The position numbers and the translations under genes are program-made. A DNA stretch of 64,000 bases, from assembly GCA_008690995.1 (NCBI GenBank), contig VRMN01000003.1:310001-374000 (forward strand), in the 5' to 3' direction. Under the pieces are notes generated by a model. The model had not been told where the DNA came from. It made no database searches and saw only the letters and a program-made list of their open reading frames with translations. Source of the stretch: Porphyridium purpureum. Its lineage: Eukaryota. Of this stretch, positions 51,983 to 64,000 are shown one piece after another (within the stretch, counting starts at the first letter, position 1; the number at the start of each line of letters is the position of its first letter).

Positions 51983-52388
51983 GTCCTGACTCTCGCGTGT
52001 TGTCGCGACGAGCTGCCGCAGCCGCGTTGCAATGCAAGGGCGCGCTCACCCAATGCGATTTTCCAGAGTTTGTACTGAAACTCCCTTGAAAAATGAGGTC
52101 AACGTATTCCGGCCATTACAGAACACGCCGTCAAAAACACACACACACAAAAAAAACGCTTGATTTGTGCCACCTCAATAAAAATGGCAGCGCGCCAGCA
52201 TCAGCGGAAAGATTTGGTACAATGCGCGGGACAGATGTAGAAATGGTCAAGACTGGACAGGATGCGAATAACTGGCCATCACTTTCGGTGATTCACTGGC
52301 GTCAACTTTCAAAAGGTTCATGGTGGCAGAAACTCATCGCGTCCGATCAGCTCTGTTCCTTCTTCAGCGTTTGCAGTTTGCCCAGCGA

Positions 52389-52613
52389 CTAGACCATGCG
52401 CTTGCGCTCGCCCACCGTGAGGCCCGTTCCCAGCGCCGTGCGCAGGTCGTCCTCCGAGAAGGCTAGCGCAACACGCTCGTGGACGTTCTGCTCAGTGAAG
52501 CGCGGCGCGATCTCTCCCAGACCCTCCAGTCCCATTTCTTCTGCAATGACGTCCAACCGGCCACCTTTGCAGGTCCCGATGCCGCTACCTTCGCTTGCGG
52601 AAACGCTCGTCAT
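52389..52613 (-). CDS. SAM-like small ORF, copy 4
   Basis: Near-identical to 15761-15985. Confidence 0.45.
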   Translation of the reverse strand: MTSVSASEGSGIGTCKGGRLDVIAEEMGLEGLGEIAPRFTEQNVHERVALAFSEDDLRTALGTGLTVGERKRMV

Positions 52614-53229
52614 AGCTCCTGCACTGTCGTAGAATCTTCCCTTGTCCCTTACCGTTGCAATCGATTCACCTGACCGCAAACGCACGCAAGGCTGCCGACT
52701 TTGACGTGAGCTGCTTTATTCAGGGCACTTGTGCTGGCTTGTTCACGTTCCCGTCTCCGCTGTCGTCATTCTTTCATCAGACCGGAGTCTGCCCCGAAAT
52801 ATGGCAGGCTCGCGCAGTTATACGCCCGCGCTGCGACCCTTCAGCGCGTCAAATTTCTGTGCTCTCGCCAGGTGCAGCTCCATGTTTTTGTGTCCGTTTG
52901 TTCACCACTCCGCGGTCAACAACGTGCGAACTCACATCATCGAATCACAACTTCGTGCAGCTCGGGAGCCTCCGAGCGCAAGACTCGGGGATGGTTGGTG
53001 TACCAGGCGTGTCGGGGTGTACGACGCGGAGTCGCTCGTTTGACTTCCGTGACCGTGGCTGCAAGAGGCGAATTTTCACGATGACCAAACTACGGGGTTA
53101 CCGATCCATTGCTCCGGGGAGGGGTAGGGAATGGAAAATTGCGCGTCTGCGCAAACCGTGACCCGGTTCGTTCCTCGTTACGGCTACCTTGTCTCATCGC
53201 CGGGGCGTCAACGAAGTCACTGTGCTTGT

Positions 53230-53267
<38 letters not shown>

Positions 53268-55859
53268 CTGGGCCTCTCGAGGTGGCGCGGGGAAGGGAAA
53301 AACAGACAGAAAAAACAACAAAAATTGTGGTATCAATTCTCCGAGCCACCTGTGTGTATCTCGGCGACTCGGCCGTCGCCTGCGCCGGCAAGGTCGGCTG
53401 TGAAGAAAGGCCGACAGACTCTTCCAGGCACTCCTTCACTTTCCGAGTGGACAATTGGGTGGTCGCAAGGAATGACGCTCGTACACTTTGGGTGGCGCTC
53501 ACCCACCGACTGGTGCAAGATGCATCGCTTGCATCAAAAGTAACTGCCGCGACACTCAAAAAGTTGATTCTGAATCCGCGACATGGACGGGCGACGCCGC
53601 GCCTCGAAAACGCATCGCTCGCCCGTGCTTCTGAGGCGCAGCTGCGCCAGATCAGGTTTCTACCCTGTGCAACAGCGAAAGCCGTCGCTGGTGCAGCGTG
53701 TGTTTGATTGCGTCGCAGACGACAGTGTCGTTGTGTGCAAACACGGCTCAGGGGTCTCGCCGAGCGATGGTCGCAAGTATAAGAATGCGTGAGTGCGTTC
53801 TCGAATTGAGTGGCGCTCGCGGAAGTCCGTTGGCCTCAAGAGCGTCGCGAAAGCACGCAAGGACACAGATGCCAGCGGGAGTTCACAACTGGCGAGTAGA
53901 GGAAGTATGGCGCCTGCGGGTGCCCGGTTTGGATGCCGCTGCGGTCGAGATGCACACAGTGAGGGCCTGGTCAGGCCTCCAGTGGCGAAGGCAGGAAGCG
54001 AGCTGGGAGGCGGCTTGTTCGCCCGCCAGGGCAGCAAAGTGAACGAGTCCGAGTCGTTTGCCCCGGCGATCAACATGTGCGGTTCGTGCCGGCAAGGCCG
54101 CTCGCGCGAACGAAGTTCATGGATACACCGGGCGCACAACCTAGATCATGCGCCGCTCAAATCCGTGCCAGCTTCCACAGCACTGACAAGCGAATCTACT
54201 CACCCCGCGGATGGCGCCAAAGCTGGAGCTCTGGGAGCGCACAAACGCAAGCATCCGGACTGCGCCGATGCGCCTGGTCGTTTCCATGACACGAGCAGCC
54301 AGCAGTGACCAGCATCGGGTCGGAAGGTGCCTTTCCAGGTTTCGTCACAAGCCAACACTGCATGTAGAATGAAGAACTGGCTGAGCGTTCGTTTGACGCG
54401 GTGCGCAAAGCACACCGCTCGATGCAGCTGCAACCGAATAGCAGCGCGGTGTGTCTAGACCCGCCCACTTGGTATCCTGCTGTGACTGTGCCGTCGGGCT
54501 TCGCACGCGGACCCAATGCCAATGCCGCCGGCGGAAACGGCGTCTGTTGTGGCACCGCAGCGCTTCCCTTTCACTTCCGCCGCGTGAGCGCGCTGCCGGG
54601 GGTGGGGGTGGAGGTGGGGGCGGGCGTCATCGCGAAGAAACGCATGCAGGCCGGTGTTGCGCATCGTGGTGTGTGCCTGAGGATGCGACTGTGCGACACG
54701 GGGTCCTGCGTGCAACTTCCCAACCTGAAGTGCCGAGCGTGTTGCCGGTTTCGCGCCAAGCCGGCTGCGGCGCAGCGACAGACGCAGCAGCCGGTGTCCA
54801 CAGTCCAGCTGCTGGCGCGCCCGCCGCGCACCCACGCGGAGGATTGCCAGCATCTCATTCGGTTTGTCGTTGGTTAGGACTGCCCTCGTTCTGCGATGCA
54901 AAGAGCGCGAGTCACGCATGCTCCCAAACGCGTCGGCAACCTGACTCGCAAGCACGTGGTGGGATCGTGGATCGTGGATCGTGGGTAGTTGGCTGTGGAT
55001 CGAGTGCGGAGGATCAACGAGTTTGGACCTTGGTCTCAAACGCCTCCGCCGGGTATCTACATCAGGCTTGCCGAGAGTTGCTATGGAGTACCTGGAAGAT
55101 GGCAAGCGAATGCGGGGTACTGTAGACGGAGCACATTCGTGCTCCAAGCCGCCCTGCTTGTCGCGTATGAAGCTCAATTCTTGTGGGCTCAACTCTGTGT
55201 GTGGGTCTGCACCCCCGCGCAAGAATGGACACCTAGTAGCTGCCCCAGAGAAGACTGGAGACGTGCAGTCGCATGTTTAGGACGCAGGTCTGCAGCGTGT
55301 CACACAATCACTCGATGGCTTCGACAGTCGTTCCGCCTGCTTGCGCTTGCGCCGACACAGACGAGACGAAAGGTTTGACCAGACTCTCGATGACGGAGAA
55401 TGGAACAGATCGGTCAGACGGCTTCTTCGGCCGCCGCACAAGCGAAATCAGCGAGTCCGCCGCCTTTGTGTCCAAGATGAACATGTGCAGCGGTTGCTGG
55501 CAAGGCCGCTCGCGAAGAAGCTGTTGCTTTCTCCTTCTGTAGCGCAATCTAAAGCATGCAACGCTCAGACCCTTGCGCGATCCCCACGGAATGACAGAAC
55601 AAGTGCTGAAATCGGCAAGGAGGCCAGATGCTGCTCCGCCGGGCGCACAGTTGCACGCCTATCCGCAATGCGGCTGTGTACACCGTGGCTTCCATCACAA
55701 GAGCCATCCGTAGTGGTCATATTCGGCTGCCAAATGGACCTGACAACCTCTCCGGAGCAGGTAGATTGCGTTCCCGAAGAACAGTGTGAGAAAGAAAATA
55801 ATGATATTCATAAAAGCATAAACGACCAGGGTTCGAATCCTGCGCCTGCACTGGATAAC

Positions 55860-58319
55860 TTAAAAATTCTCTTTCGCGACAAGGACTCTGCACGTGCACA
55901 TCTGGACCTGTTTGTCCCGAAGCATTTGGTTCTTCACCGCGAACAAGTGCTCGGCTGTCACGCGATGCGCAACGCTCTGCAACTCGCGGGCAACTGCCGG
56001 TGCGCCGCAGTAGAAGACACCGACTGTCGACCCGTGGTTCGGGGAGCCTCTGTGTGCGCGCAGGATCGCAGCGCTCATGATTTTGTGCCAGTCAGGACGG
56101 CCCGCGATCAGCTCGTGTTGCGGGCCGCAGCGCGGCCGATCAAAAGGATCCAACTGGGCTAAAGTCTCGGGCGTCTCGCGCGTGGCGTACAACCGCAGCG
56201 AAAACGAGCGTGGGAGACTCCTTGCCGACTCGGCAAGATCCTCGGCCGCCCAGCTCATGCCGGTGTATGTTTTGTTCACCCAAATTCCTTGCAAACTGAA
56301 GTCATGGTCGAGTGGATCCACCGAAAGTCTGGACCCTTCAATGCTTCGACGCGGACGACTGGCTTCGCCTTCTGGATACCACCCGTCTTCAGCCTCAAAG
56401 AGCTCCGGCGGACGCGCTGTCGCATAGTAGATGAAAAAGATACGAACCGTGTGGACCACTGAGTACACGCCGTAGAACGAAAAGTACAGAACGGCATTCA
56501 GCCGTGATGGCGAAATGGCATCTGCAATTGAAGCCACAAGCGATGCGACAGTCATGGCCACAATTGCAAGTTCCATGACGAAGATAATCGACACAATGTA
56601 GCGCTTACCATACGACGCGCCGGACAGAATCACCTTGGGAACATAGATAAACAGGACGAGCAAAGTCGCAACAATTTCGATCGCCGCCGACGCAACACCC
56701 TTTTCAAAAATCCACACGCAAATCACGAGCGTCTCAAGCATGATAGAGATCAGAAATAAACAAATGTTGACCGTCATACTTTCAAGAATACTGGCCGCAA
56801 AAGCCACGCGAGCACGAAGTGTCATGGTCGTGCGCCTTACGCGTTCAAAGCCAAGAATGTCTGTGAAAGCGATGTCGCCATGATCCAACACGAATTGCTC
56901 CTCCTCGGTGAGGGGCAGTTCTGACAATTCGGTAGCGTTCCACGTACTTACTGACTTCGGTGACGACGCTGGGCTTTCCGCATTATGGAACGATTCGTCT
57001 CCCATCAAAAGTCGCGTCTCATCCACTATGTGATGCCACACAGAAAGCAGCGGCGTTACGCCTATACCGGTTCCAATCACGACAATGTGCTTGTACGCAC
57101 AGAAGTTTTGAGCAGGCGCACCGAAGCCGCCCCGCAAACTTGCCCCGACAATGCCTGCAGTCGATCCACTTTCCGCGTCGGTCGCCGTCGCGCTATTCGC
57201 TAGTTCCCACAGTGCTCCTGTCCAGCGACCGGCCGCCTTGATAAAGAACGTCGCCTCTCCGCGGTCGTTGGGCGCGGATGCTATCGTGAAGGCGTGCCAC
57301 TCCCACACAGAGATTTCCTTGATGCGAATGTCAGCATACTGACCCGCAGAGTACCTCTATCCAGGCACCTGCAGAATCAGCTTCGTCACCCTGTCTTCGC
57401 CATCCTCATGCGCGCTGATGTGGACCACGGTCGCCTCCCGGGCAGCGTGGCGCACGCGCCGCATGATGACGTCAATGATGTACAAGACCAGCGGGCCCGC
57501 CAAGAAGTACACCGTGATCGGGTACCCACGTTGCGTACCGTGAATGATGAGCAGCGGGATGGCAGACACAATCCCAAACACATGCGACAACCAGAAAATA
57601 CGAAACCCAATCGTGCTGCGCCGCACCCTCTCCAGCGTCGTCGCGAAAAACAGCAGAAACACAACGAAGAGTAAGATGCCCGTGATGAGCAGCTGCAGCG
57701 TCGCAAAGCCGGCACCAAACGTCCACACGGGGCCTCCGTCGTTGATGACAATCGCTTCCGTGGCATAGTTGACAACTTGCGGGACGGTGTGAATAACACA
57801 CCCGGCAATGACAATTGTCAGTGCGATCAAACGATGGTACTTTGGCATCACCTTGTCCACTGGAAACGCATACTGGATCGGCGTGCTCCGCACCCATGTC
57901 CAGAACCACTTGCTGCTGGTCACAAATAAGACTGCAGCGTTCCACGAGACCAACCGGCCAGCGCCACGTGCAATGGGCAACGTGTACCGCAGAATCTTAC
58001 TCTCCGTGGTCCAATGAGGTGCCGTGAATTCCCACACACCCCACGTTGCCATACAGATATCCAACGCAATCAGCAACGCGAGCGTGGCCAAGTTGGCGCC
58101 TTGGTTGGAGAAGAACGCCTCACTCCTCGTCCAGAACGAAACCACCCTGTGTTCACTGGCCTTGGTCTCCTTTGCCTTGCCCGTCTTCGCCTGTTCGCTG
58201 TTTGGTTGATATGCGGCATTTTCTCGCCCAGCTGTGCGCGCTGGCACCTCGTGTGCCCGTCGTGGAACGTCCCACGGTGCATCCGGAGGTAGTATTTCAG
58301 CGTCCGTGGCGGTCGCCAT
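55860..58319 (-). pseudogene. NADPH oxidase copy E (beta type) with premature stop W321*
   Basis: TGG->TAG at 57357-57359 splits the frame into the 320-aa and 482-aa ORFs; otherwise close to copy C. Confidence 0.9.
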
Positions 58320-58832
58320 GAGTGAACCTGTCCAACGTGCCTATGACTCGTCTCGCTCGGCCACGGAGTCCTTTACCAACGTGCGCGCGTACACTTGCTT
58401 TTGTACCCGCCCGTAGCATGTCCCAAACTGATGGGAGAGTAGCAGCCGCTCCCGCCGAATCTTTACACCGGCGCCTGTCGCAGTGAACAGTTCCGCACCA
58501 TGTGTTTCGTGGCGCACGCTCACCCGATACGCAGGGTGGCTGCGCGACTTCATACTGAATTAAGCTCAAAAATGGCGGTCGCCACGATCCGGAAGTTACT
58601 GAACACGCCGTCCCAAAACAGACGTCTTGGTTGTTGCCACGTCGACGGCTGAACTCGAACGGCGCGGGGGCGTGGAAGAAGGGCTGGGTGAACCGCGAGG
58701 AACCGTTGTAGAAATGGTCGGACTGGACACGTCGCGAGCGATTGGCCCGCACTCGGGTGCTTTACTTCCGTCAGCTTTCTTCGCGTCCGATCAGCTCTGT
58801 TCCTTCTTCAGCGTTTGCAGTTTGCCCAGCAA

Positions 58833-59057
58833 CTAGACAATGCGCTTGCGCTCGCCCACCGTGAGGCCCGTCCCCAGCGTCGTGCGCAGGTCGTCCTCCG
58901 AGAAGGCTAGCGCAACACGCTCGTGGATGTTCTGCTCAGTGAAGCGCGGCGCGATCTCTCCCAGACCCTCCAGTCCCATTTCTTCTGCAATGACGTTCAA
59001 CCGGCCATCTTTCCAGGTCCCGATGCCGCTACCTTCGCTTGCGGAAACGCTCGTCAT
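58833..59057 (-). CDS. SAM-like small ORF, copy 5 (most diverged)
   Basis: Same frame and stop, with several substitutions. Confidence 0.45.
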   Translation of the reverse strand: MTSVSASEGSGIGTWKDGRLNVIAEEMGLEGLGEIAPRFTEQNIHERVALAFSEDDLRTTLGTGLTVGERKRIV

Positions 59058-59669
59058 AGCTCCTGCACTGTCGTAGAATCTTCCCTTGTCCCTTACCGTT
59101 GCAAGCGATTCACCTGACCGCAAACGCACGCAAGGTTGCCGACTTTGACGTGAGCTGCTTTATTCAGGGCACTTGTGCTGGCTTGTTCACGTTCCCGTCT
59201 CCGCTGTCGTCATTCTTTCATCAGACCGGAGTCTGCCCCGAAAACTGGCAGGCTCGCGCATTTATACGCCCGCGCTGCGACCCTTCAGCGCGTCAAATTT
59301 CTGTGCTTTCGCCAGGTGCAGCTCCATGTTTTTGTGTCCGTTTGTTCACCACTCCGCGGTCAACAACGTGCGAACTCACATCATCGAATCACAACTTCGT
59401 GCAGCTCGGGAGCCTCCGAGCGCAAGACTCGGGGATGGTTGGTGTACCAGGCGTGCCGGGGTGTACGACGCGGAGTCGCTCGTTTGACTTCCGTGACCGT
59501 GGCTGCAAGAGGCGAATTTTCACGATGACCAAACTACGGGGTTACCGATCCATTGCTCCGGGGAGGGGTAGGGAATGGAAAATTGCGCGTCTGCGCAAAC
59601 CGTGACCCGGTTCATTCCTCGTTACGGCGACCTTGTCTCATCGCCGGGGCGTCAAGGAAGTCACTGTGC

Positions 59670-59711
<42 letters not shown>

Positions 59712-62301
59712 CTGGGCCTCTCGAGGTGGCGCGGGGAAGGGAAAAACAACAAAACAAACAAACGCTGGGAGGTATCCATTCGCCGAGCCACCTGTGTGTA
59801 TCTCGGTGACTCGGCCGTCGCCTGCGCCGGCAAGGTCGGCTGTGAAGAAAGGCCGACAGACTCTTCCAGGCACTCCTTCACTGTCCGAGTGGACAATTGG
59901 GTGGTCGCAAGGTGTGAAATTCGTACAGTTTGGGTGGCGCTCGCCCACCGAATGGTGCAAGATGCATCGCTTGCATCAAAAGTAACTGCCGCGACGCTCA
60001 AAAAGTTGATTCTGAATCCGCGACATGGGCGGGCGACGCCGCGCCTCGAAAACGCATCGCTCGCCCGTGCTTCTGAGGCGCAGCTGCGCCAGATCAGGTT
60101 TCTACCCTGTGCAACAGCGAAAGCCGTCGCTGGTGCAGCGTGTGTTTGATTGCGTCGCAGACGACAGTGTCGTTGTGTGCAAACACGGCTCAGTGGTCTC
60201 GCCGAGCGATGGTCGCAAGTATAAGAATGCGTGAGTGCGTTCTCGAATTGAGTGGCGCTCGCGGAAGTCCGTTGGCCTCAAGAGCGTCGCGAAAGCACGC
60301 AAGGACACAGATGCCAGCGGGAGTTCACAACTGGCGTGTAGAGGAAGTATGGCGCCTGCGGGTGCCCGGTTTGGATGCCGCTGCGGTCGAGATGCACACA
60401 GTGAGGGCCTGGTCAGGCCTCCAGTGGCGAAGGCAGGAAGCGAGCTGGGAGGCGGCTTGTTCGCCCGCCAGGGCAGCAAAGTGAACGAGTCCGAGTCGTT
60501 TGCCCCGGCGATCAACGTGTGCGGTTCGTGCCGGCAAGGCCGCTCGCGCGGACGAAGTTCATGGATACACCGGGCGCACAACCTAGATCATGCGCCGCTC
60601 AAATCCGTGCCAGGTTCCACAGCACTGACAAGCGAATCTACGCATCCCGCGGATGGCGCCAAAGCTGGAGCTCTGGGAGCGCACAAACGCAAGCATCCGG
60701 ACTGCGCCGATGCGCCTGGTCGTTTCCGTGACACGGGCAGCCAGCAGTGACCGGCATCGGGTCGGAAGGTGCCTTTCCAGGTTTCGTCACAAGCCAACAC
60801 TGCATGTAGAATGAAGAACTGGCTGAGCGTTCGTTTGACGCGGTGCGCAAAGCAGACCGCTCGATGCAGCTGCAACCGAATAGCAGCGCGGTGTGTCTAG
60901 ACCCGCCCACTTGGTATCCTGCTGTGACTGTGCCGTCGGGCTTCGCACGCGGACCCAATGCCAATGCCGCCGGCGGAAACGGCGTCTGTTGTGGCACCGC
61001 AGCGCTTCCCTTTCACTTCCGCCGCGTGAGCGCGCTGCCGGGGGTGGGGGTGGAGGTGGGGGCGGGCGTCATCGCGAAGAAACGCATGCAGGCCGGTGTT
61101 GCGCATCGTGGTGTGTGCCTGAGGATGCGACTGTGCGACACGGGGTCCTGCGTGCAACTTCCCAACCTGAAGTGCCGAGCGTGTTGCCGGTTTCGCGCCA
61201 AGCCGGCTGCGGCGCAGCGACAGACGCAGCAGCCGGTGTCCACAGTCCAGCTGCTGGCGCGCCCGCCGCGCACCCACGCGGAGGATTGCCAGCATCTCAT
61301 TCGGTTTGTCGTTGGTTAGGACTGCCCTCGTTCTGCGATGCAAAGAGCGCGAGTCACGCATGCTCCCAAACGCGTCGGCAACCTGACTCGCAAGCACGTG
61401 GTGGGATCGTGGATCGTGGATCGTGGGTAGTTGGCTGTGGATCGAGTGCGGAGGATCAACGAGTTTGGACCTTGGTCTCAAACGCCTCCGCCGGGTATCT
61501 ACATCAGGCTTGCCGAGAGTTGCTATGGAGTACCTGGAAGATGGCAAGCGAATGCGGGGTACTGTAGACGGAGCACATTCGTGCTCCAAGCCGCCCTGCT
61601 TGTCGCGTATGAAGCTCAATTCTTGTGGGCTCAACTCTGTGTGTGGGTCTGCACCCCCGCGCAAGAATGGACACCTAGTAGCTGCCCCAGAGAAGACTGG
61701 AGACGTGCAGTCGCATGTTTAGGACGCAGGTCTGCAGCGTGTCACACAATCACTCGATGGCTTCGACAGTCGTTCCGCCTGCTTGCGCTTGCGCCGACAC
61801 AGACGAGACGAAAGGTTTGACCAGACTCTCGATGACGGAGAATGGAACAGATCGCTCAGACGGCTTCTTCGGCCGCCGCACAAGCGAAATCAGCGAGTCC
61901 GCCGCCTTTGTGTCCAAGATGAACATGTGCAGCGGTTGCTGGCAAGGCCGCTCGCGAAGAAGCTGTTGCTTTCTCCTTCTGTAGCGCAATCTAAAGCACG
62001 CAACGCTCAGACCCTTGCGCGATCCCCACGGAATGACAGACCAAGTGCTGAAATCGGCAAGGAGGCCAGATGCTGCTCCGCCGGGCGCACAGTTGCACGC
62101 CTATCCGCAATGCGGCTGTGTACACCGTGGCTTCCATCACAAGAGCCATCCGTAGTGGTCATATTCGGCTGCCAAATGGACCTGACAACCTCTCCGGAGC
62201 AGGTAGATTGCGTTCCCGAAGAACAGTGTGAGAAAGAAAATAATGATATTCATAAAAGCATAAACGACCAGGTCTCGAATCCTGCGCCTGCACTGGATAA
62301 C

Positions 62302-64000
62302 TTAAAAATTCTCCTTGGCGACAAGGACTCTGCACGTGCATATCTGGATCCTGTTGTCGCGAAGCATTTGCCTCTTCACCTCGAACAAATGCTCGGCTGT
62401 CACGCGATGCGCAACGCTCTGCAACTCGCGGGCAACTGCCGGTGCGCCGCAGTAGAAGACACCGACTGTCGACCCGTGGTTCGGGGAGCCTCTGTGTGCG
62501 CGCAGGATCGCAGCGCTCATGATTTTATGCCAGTCAGGACGACCGGCGATCAGCTCGTGTTGTGGGCCGCAGCGTGAGCGATCGAAGGGATCCAAACGGA
62601 CTAAGGTCTCAGGCTTGTCGCGTGTGGCGTAAAACTGCAGCGAAAACGAGCGTGGGAGACTCTTTGCCGACTCAGCAAGGTCCTCGGCCGCCCAGCTCAT
62701 GCCGGTGTATGTTTTGTTCACCCAAATTCCTTGCATACTGAAGTCATCGTCGAGTGGATCCACCGACAGGGTGGATCCCTCGTTGCTTTGACGCGAAGGA
62801 ACAGCGTATAGTTTCGTATGTCGCACATTTTCAGCCTCCAAGAGCTCCGGTGGACGCGCCGTCGCGTAATAGATGAAAAAGATACGCACCGTGTGGACCA
62901 GCGTGTACACACCGTAGAACGAAAAGTACAGAACGGCATTCAACAGTGATGGTGAAATCGCGTCTGCGATTGAAGCGGCGAGTGACGCAACAGTCATGGC
63001 CACAATTGCAAGTTCCATGACGAAGATAATCGACACAATGTAGCGCTTACCATACGACGCGCCCGACAGAATCACCTTGGGAACATAGATAAACAGGACG
63101 AGCAGGCTCGCAACAATTTCGATTGCAGCGGATTCCAAACTCTTTCCAAAAATCCATACGCACATGACAAGCGTCACGAGCATGATAGATATCAGAAATA
63201 AACAAATGTTGACCGTCATACTTTCAAGAATACTGGCCGCAAAGGCCACGCGAGCACGAAGTGTCATGGTCGCGCGACTAACGCGTTCAAAGCCAAGCAC
63301 GTCTGTGAACGCCATGTCGCCATGATCCAACACGAATTGCTCCTCCTCGGTGAGGGGCAGCTCGGGTACTTCGGGAGCGTTCCACGTCCTTTCTGATCCT
63401 GATGACGACAGGCCGTCCGCATCCTGCAACGATTCATCTCGCATCAAAATCCTCGTCTCATCCACTATGTGATGCCACACAGAAAGCAGCGGCGTCACAC
63501 CGATACCGCTTCCAATCACGACAATGTGCCTGTACGCAGAGAACTTTTGGGCAGGCGCACCGAAGCCGCCCCGCAAACTTGCCCCGACAATGCCTGCAGT
63601 AGATCCATTTTCCGCGTCGGTCGCTGTCGCACTGTTCGCTAGTTCCCACAGTGCTCCTGTCCAGCGACCGGCCGCCTTGATAAAGAACGTCGCCTCCCCG
63701 CGGTCGTTGGGCGCGGATGCTATCGTGAAGGCGTGCCACTCCCACACAGAGATTTCCTTGATGCGAATGTCAGCATACTGTCCTGCAGAGTACCTCCATC
63801 CGGGCACCTGCAGAATCAGCTTCGTCACCCTGTCTTCGCCATCCTCATGCGCGCTGATGTGGACCACGGTCGCCTCCCGGGCAGCGTGGCGCACGCGCCG
63901 CATGATGACGTCAATGATGTACAAGACCAGCGGGCCCGCCAAGAAGTACACCGTGATTGGGTACCCACGTTGCGTGCCGTGAATGATGAGCAGCGGGATG
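62302..64000 (-). CDS. NADPH oxidase copy F (B/D type), 5' part outside window
   Basis: Open frame to the window edge, with WHAFTIAS, GSGIGVTP and KENF. Confidence 0.9.
   Translation of the reverse strand, partial: IPLLIIHGTQRGYPITVYFLAGPLVLYIIDVIMRRVRHAAREATVVHISAHEDGEDRVTKLILQVPGWRYSAGQYADIRIKEISVWEWHAFTIASAPNDRGEATFFIKAAGRWTGALWELANSATATDAENGSTAGIVGASLRGGFGAPAQKFSAYRHIVVIGSGIGVTPLLSVWHHIVDETRILMRDESLQDADGLSSSGSERTWNAPEVPELPLTEEEQFVLDHGDMAFTDVLGFERVSRATMTLRARVAFAASILESMTVNICLFLISIMLVTLVMCVWIFGKSLESAAIEIVASLLVLFIYVPKVILSGASYGKRYIVSIIFVMELAIVAMTVASLAASIADAISPSLLNAVLYFSFYGVYTLVHTVRIFFIYYATARPPELLEAENVRHTKLYAVPSRQSNEGSTLSVDPLDDDFSMQGIWVNKTYTGMSWAAEDLAESAKSLPRSFSLQFYATRDKPETLVRLDPFDRSRCGPQHELIAGRPDWHKIMSAAILRAHRGSPNHGSTVGVFYCGAPAVARELQSVAHRVTAEHLFEVKRQMLRDNRIQICTCRVLVAKENF

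Larger units (their letters stand above)
9881..64000. repeat. Tandem segmental array of ~6.45-kb NOX-containing units starting at 9881, 16331, 34538, 40982, 52959 and 59403 (last unit truncated by window end)
   Basis: The anchor AGCTCGGGA.CCTCCGAGCG and all following ORFs recur. Unit lengths after removing TEs and their TSDs are 6450, 6474, 6444, 6474 and 6444 bp. Confidence 0.97.

Noticed and set aside
55826..55850. tRNA T-arm/B-box-like GGTTCGAATCC just past the NOX stop
   Set aside because: No cloverleaf or A box upstream, and the other units read GGTCTCGAATCC or GGTCTTGAATCC.
9881..64000. Whole array as a pure assembly artefact
   Set aside because: Units carry distinct SNP mosaics, different TE content with proper TSDs and a private nonsense mutation; exact copy number still needs long-read confirmation.

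Overview
Eukaryotic, gene-dense and intron-poor DNA; the NOX architecture and compactness suggest a red alga (inference). Bases 1-9.8 kb hold single-copy genes: NC2beta/Dr1 (spliced), two unknown ORFs, a TRMT2A-like tRNA methyltransferase, a secreted Cys-rich protein with a Hedgehog-type Hint (Hog) domain, UBL5/Hub1 (three exons, one of 15 nt), aprataxin and IBA57. From 9881 to the window end lies a tandem array of six ~6.45-kb units. Each unit carries an EF-hand-less NADPH oxidase with a four-TM insert inside its NADPH-binding domain, and each complete unit also has a small SAM-like ORF. Units 2-6 form an 18,421-bp higher-order repeat with two alternating NOX promoter types, and one NOX copy has a nonsense mutation. 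A 5.5-kb Ty1/Copia element with non-canonical AG...CT termini and a half-tRNA(iMet)-type PBS sits 147 bp upstream of two NOX copies. One Copia copy is interrupted by an intact 6.2-kb chromodomain Ty3/Gypsy element with a -1 frameshift signal. All comparisons were made by eye; no searches were run.
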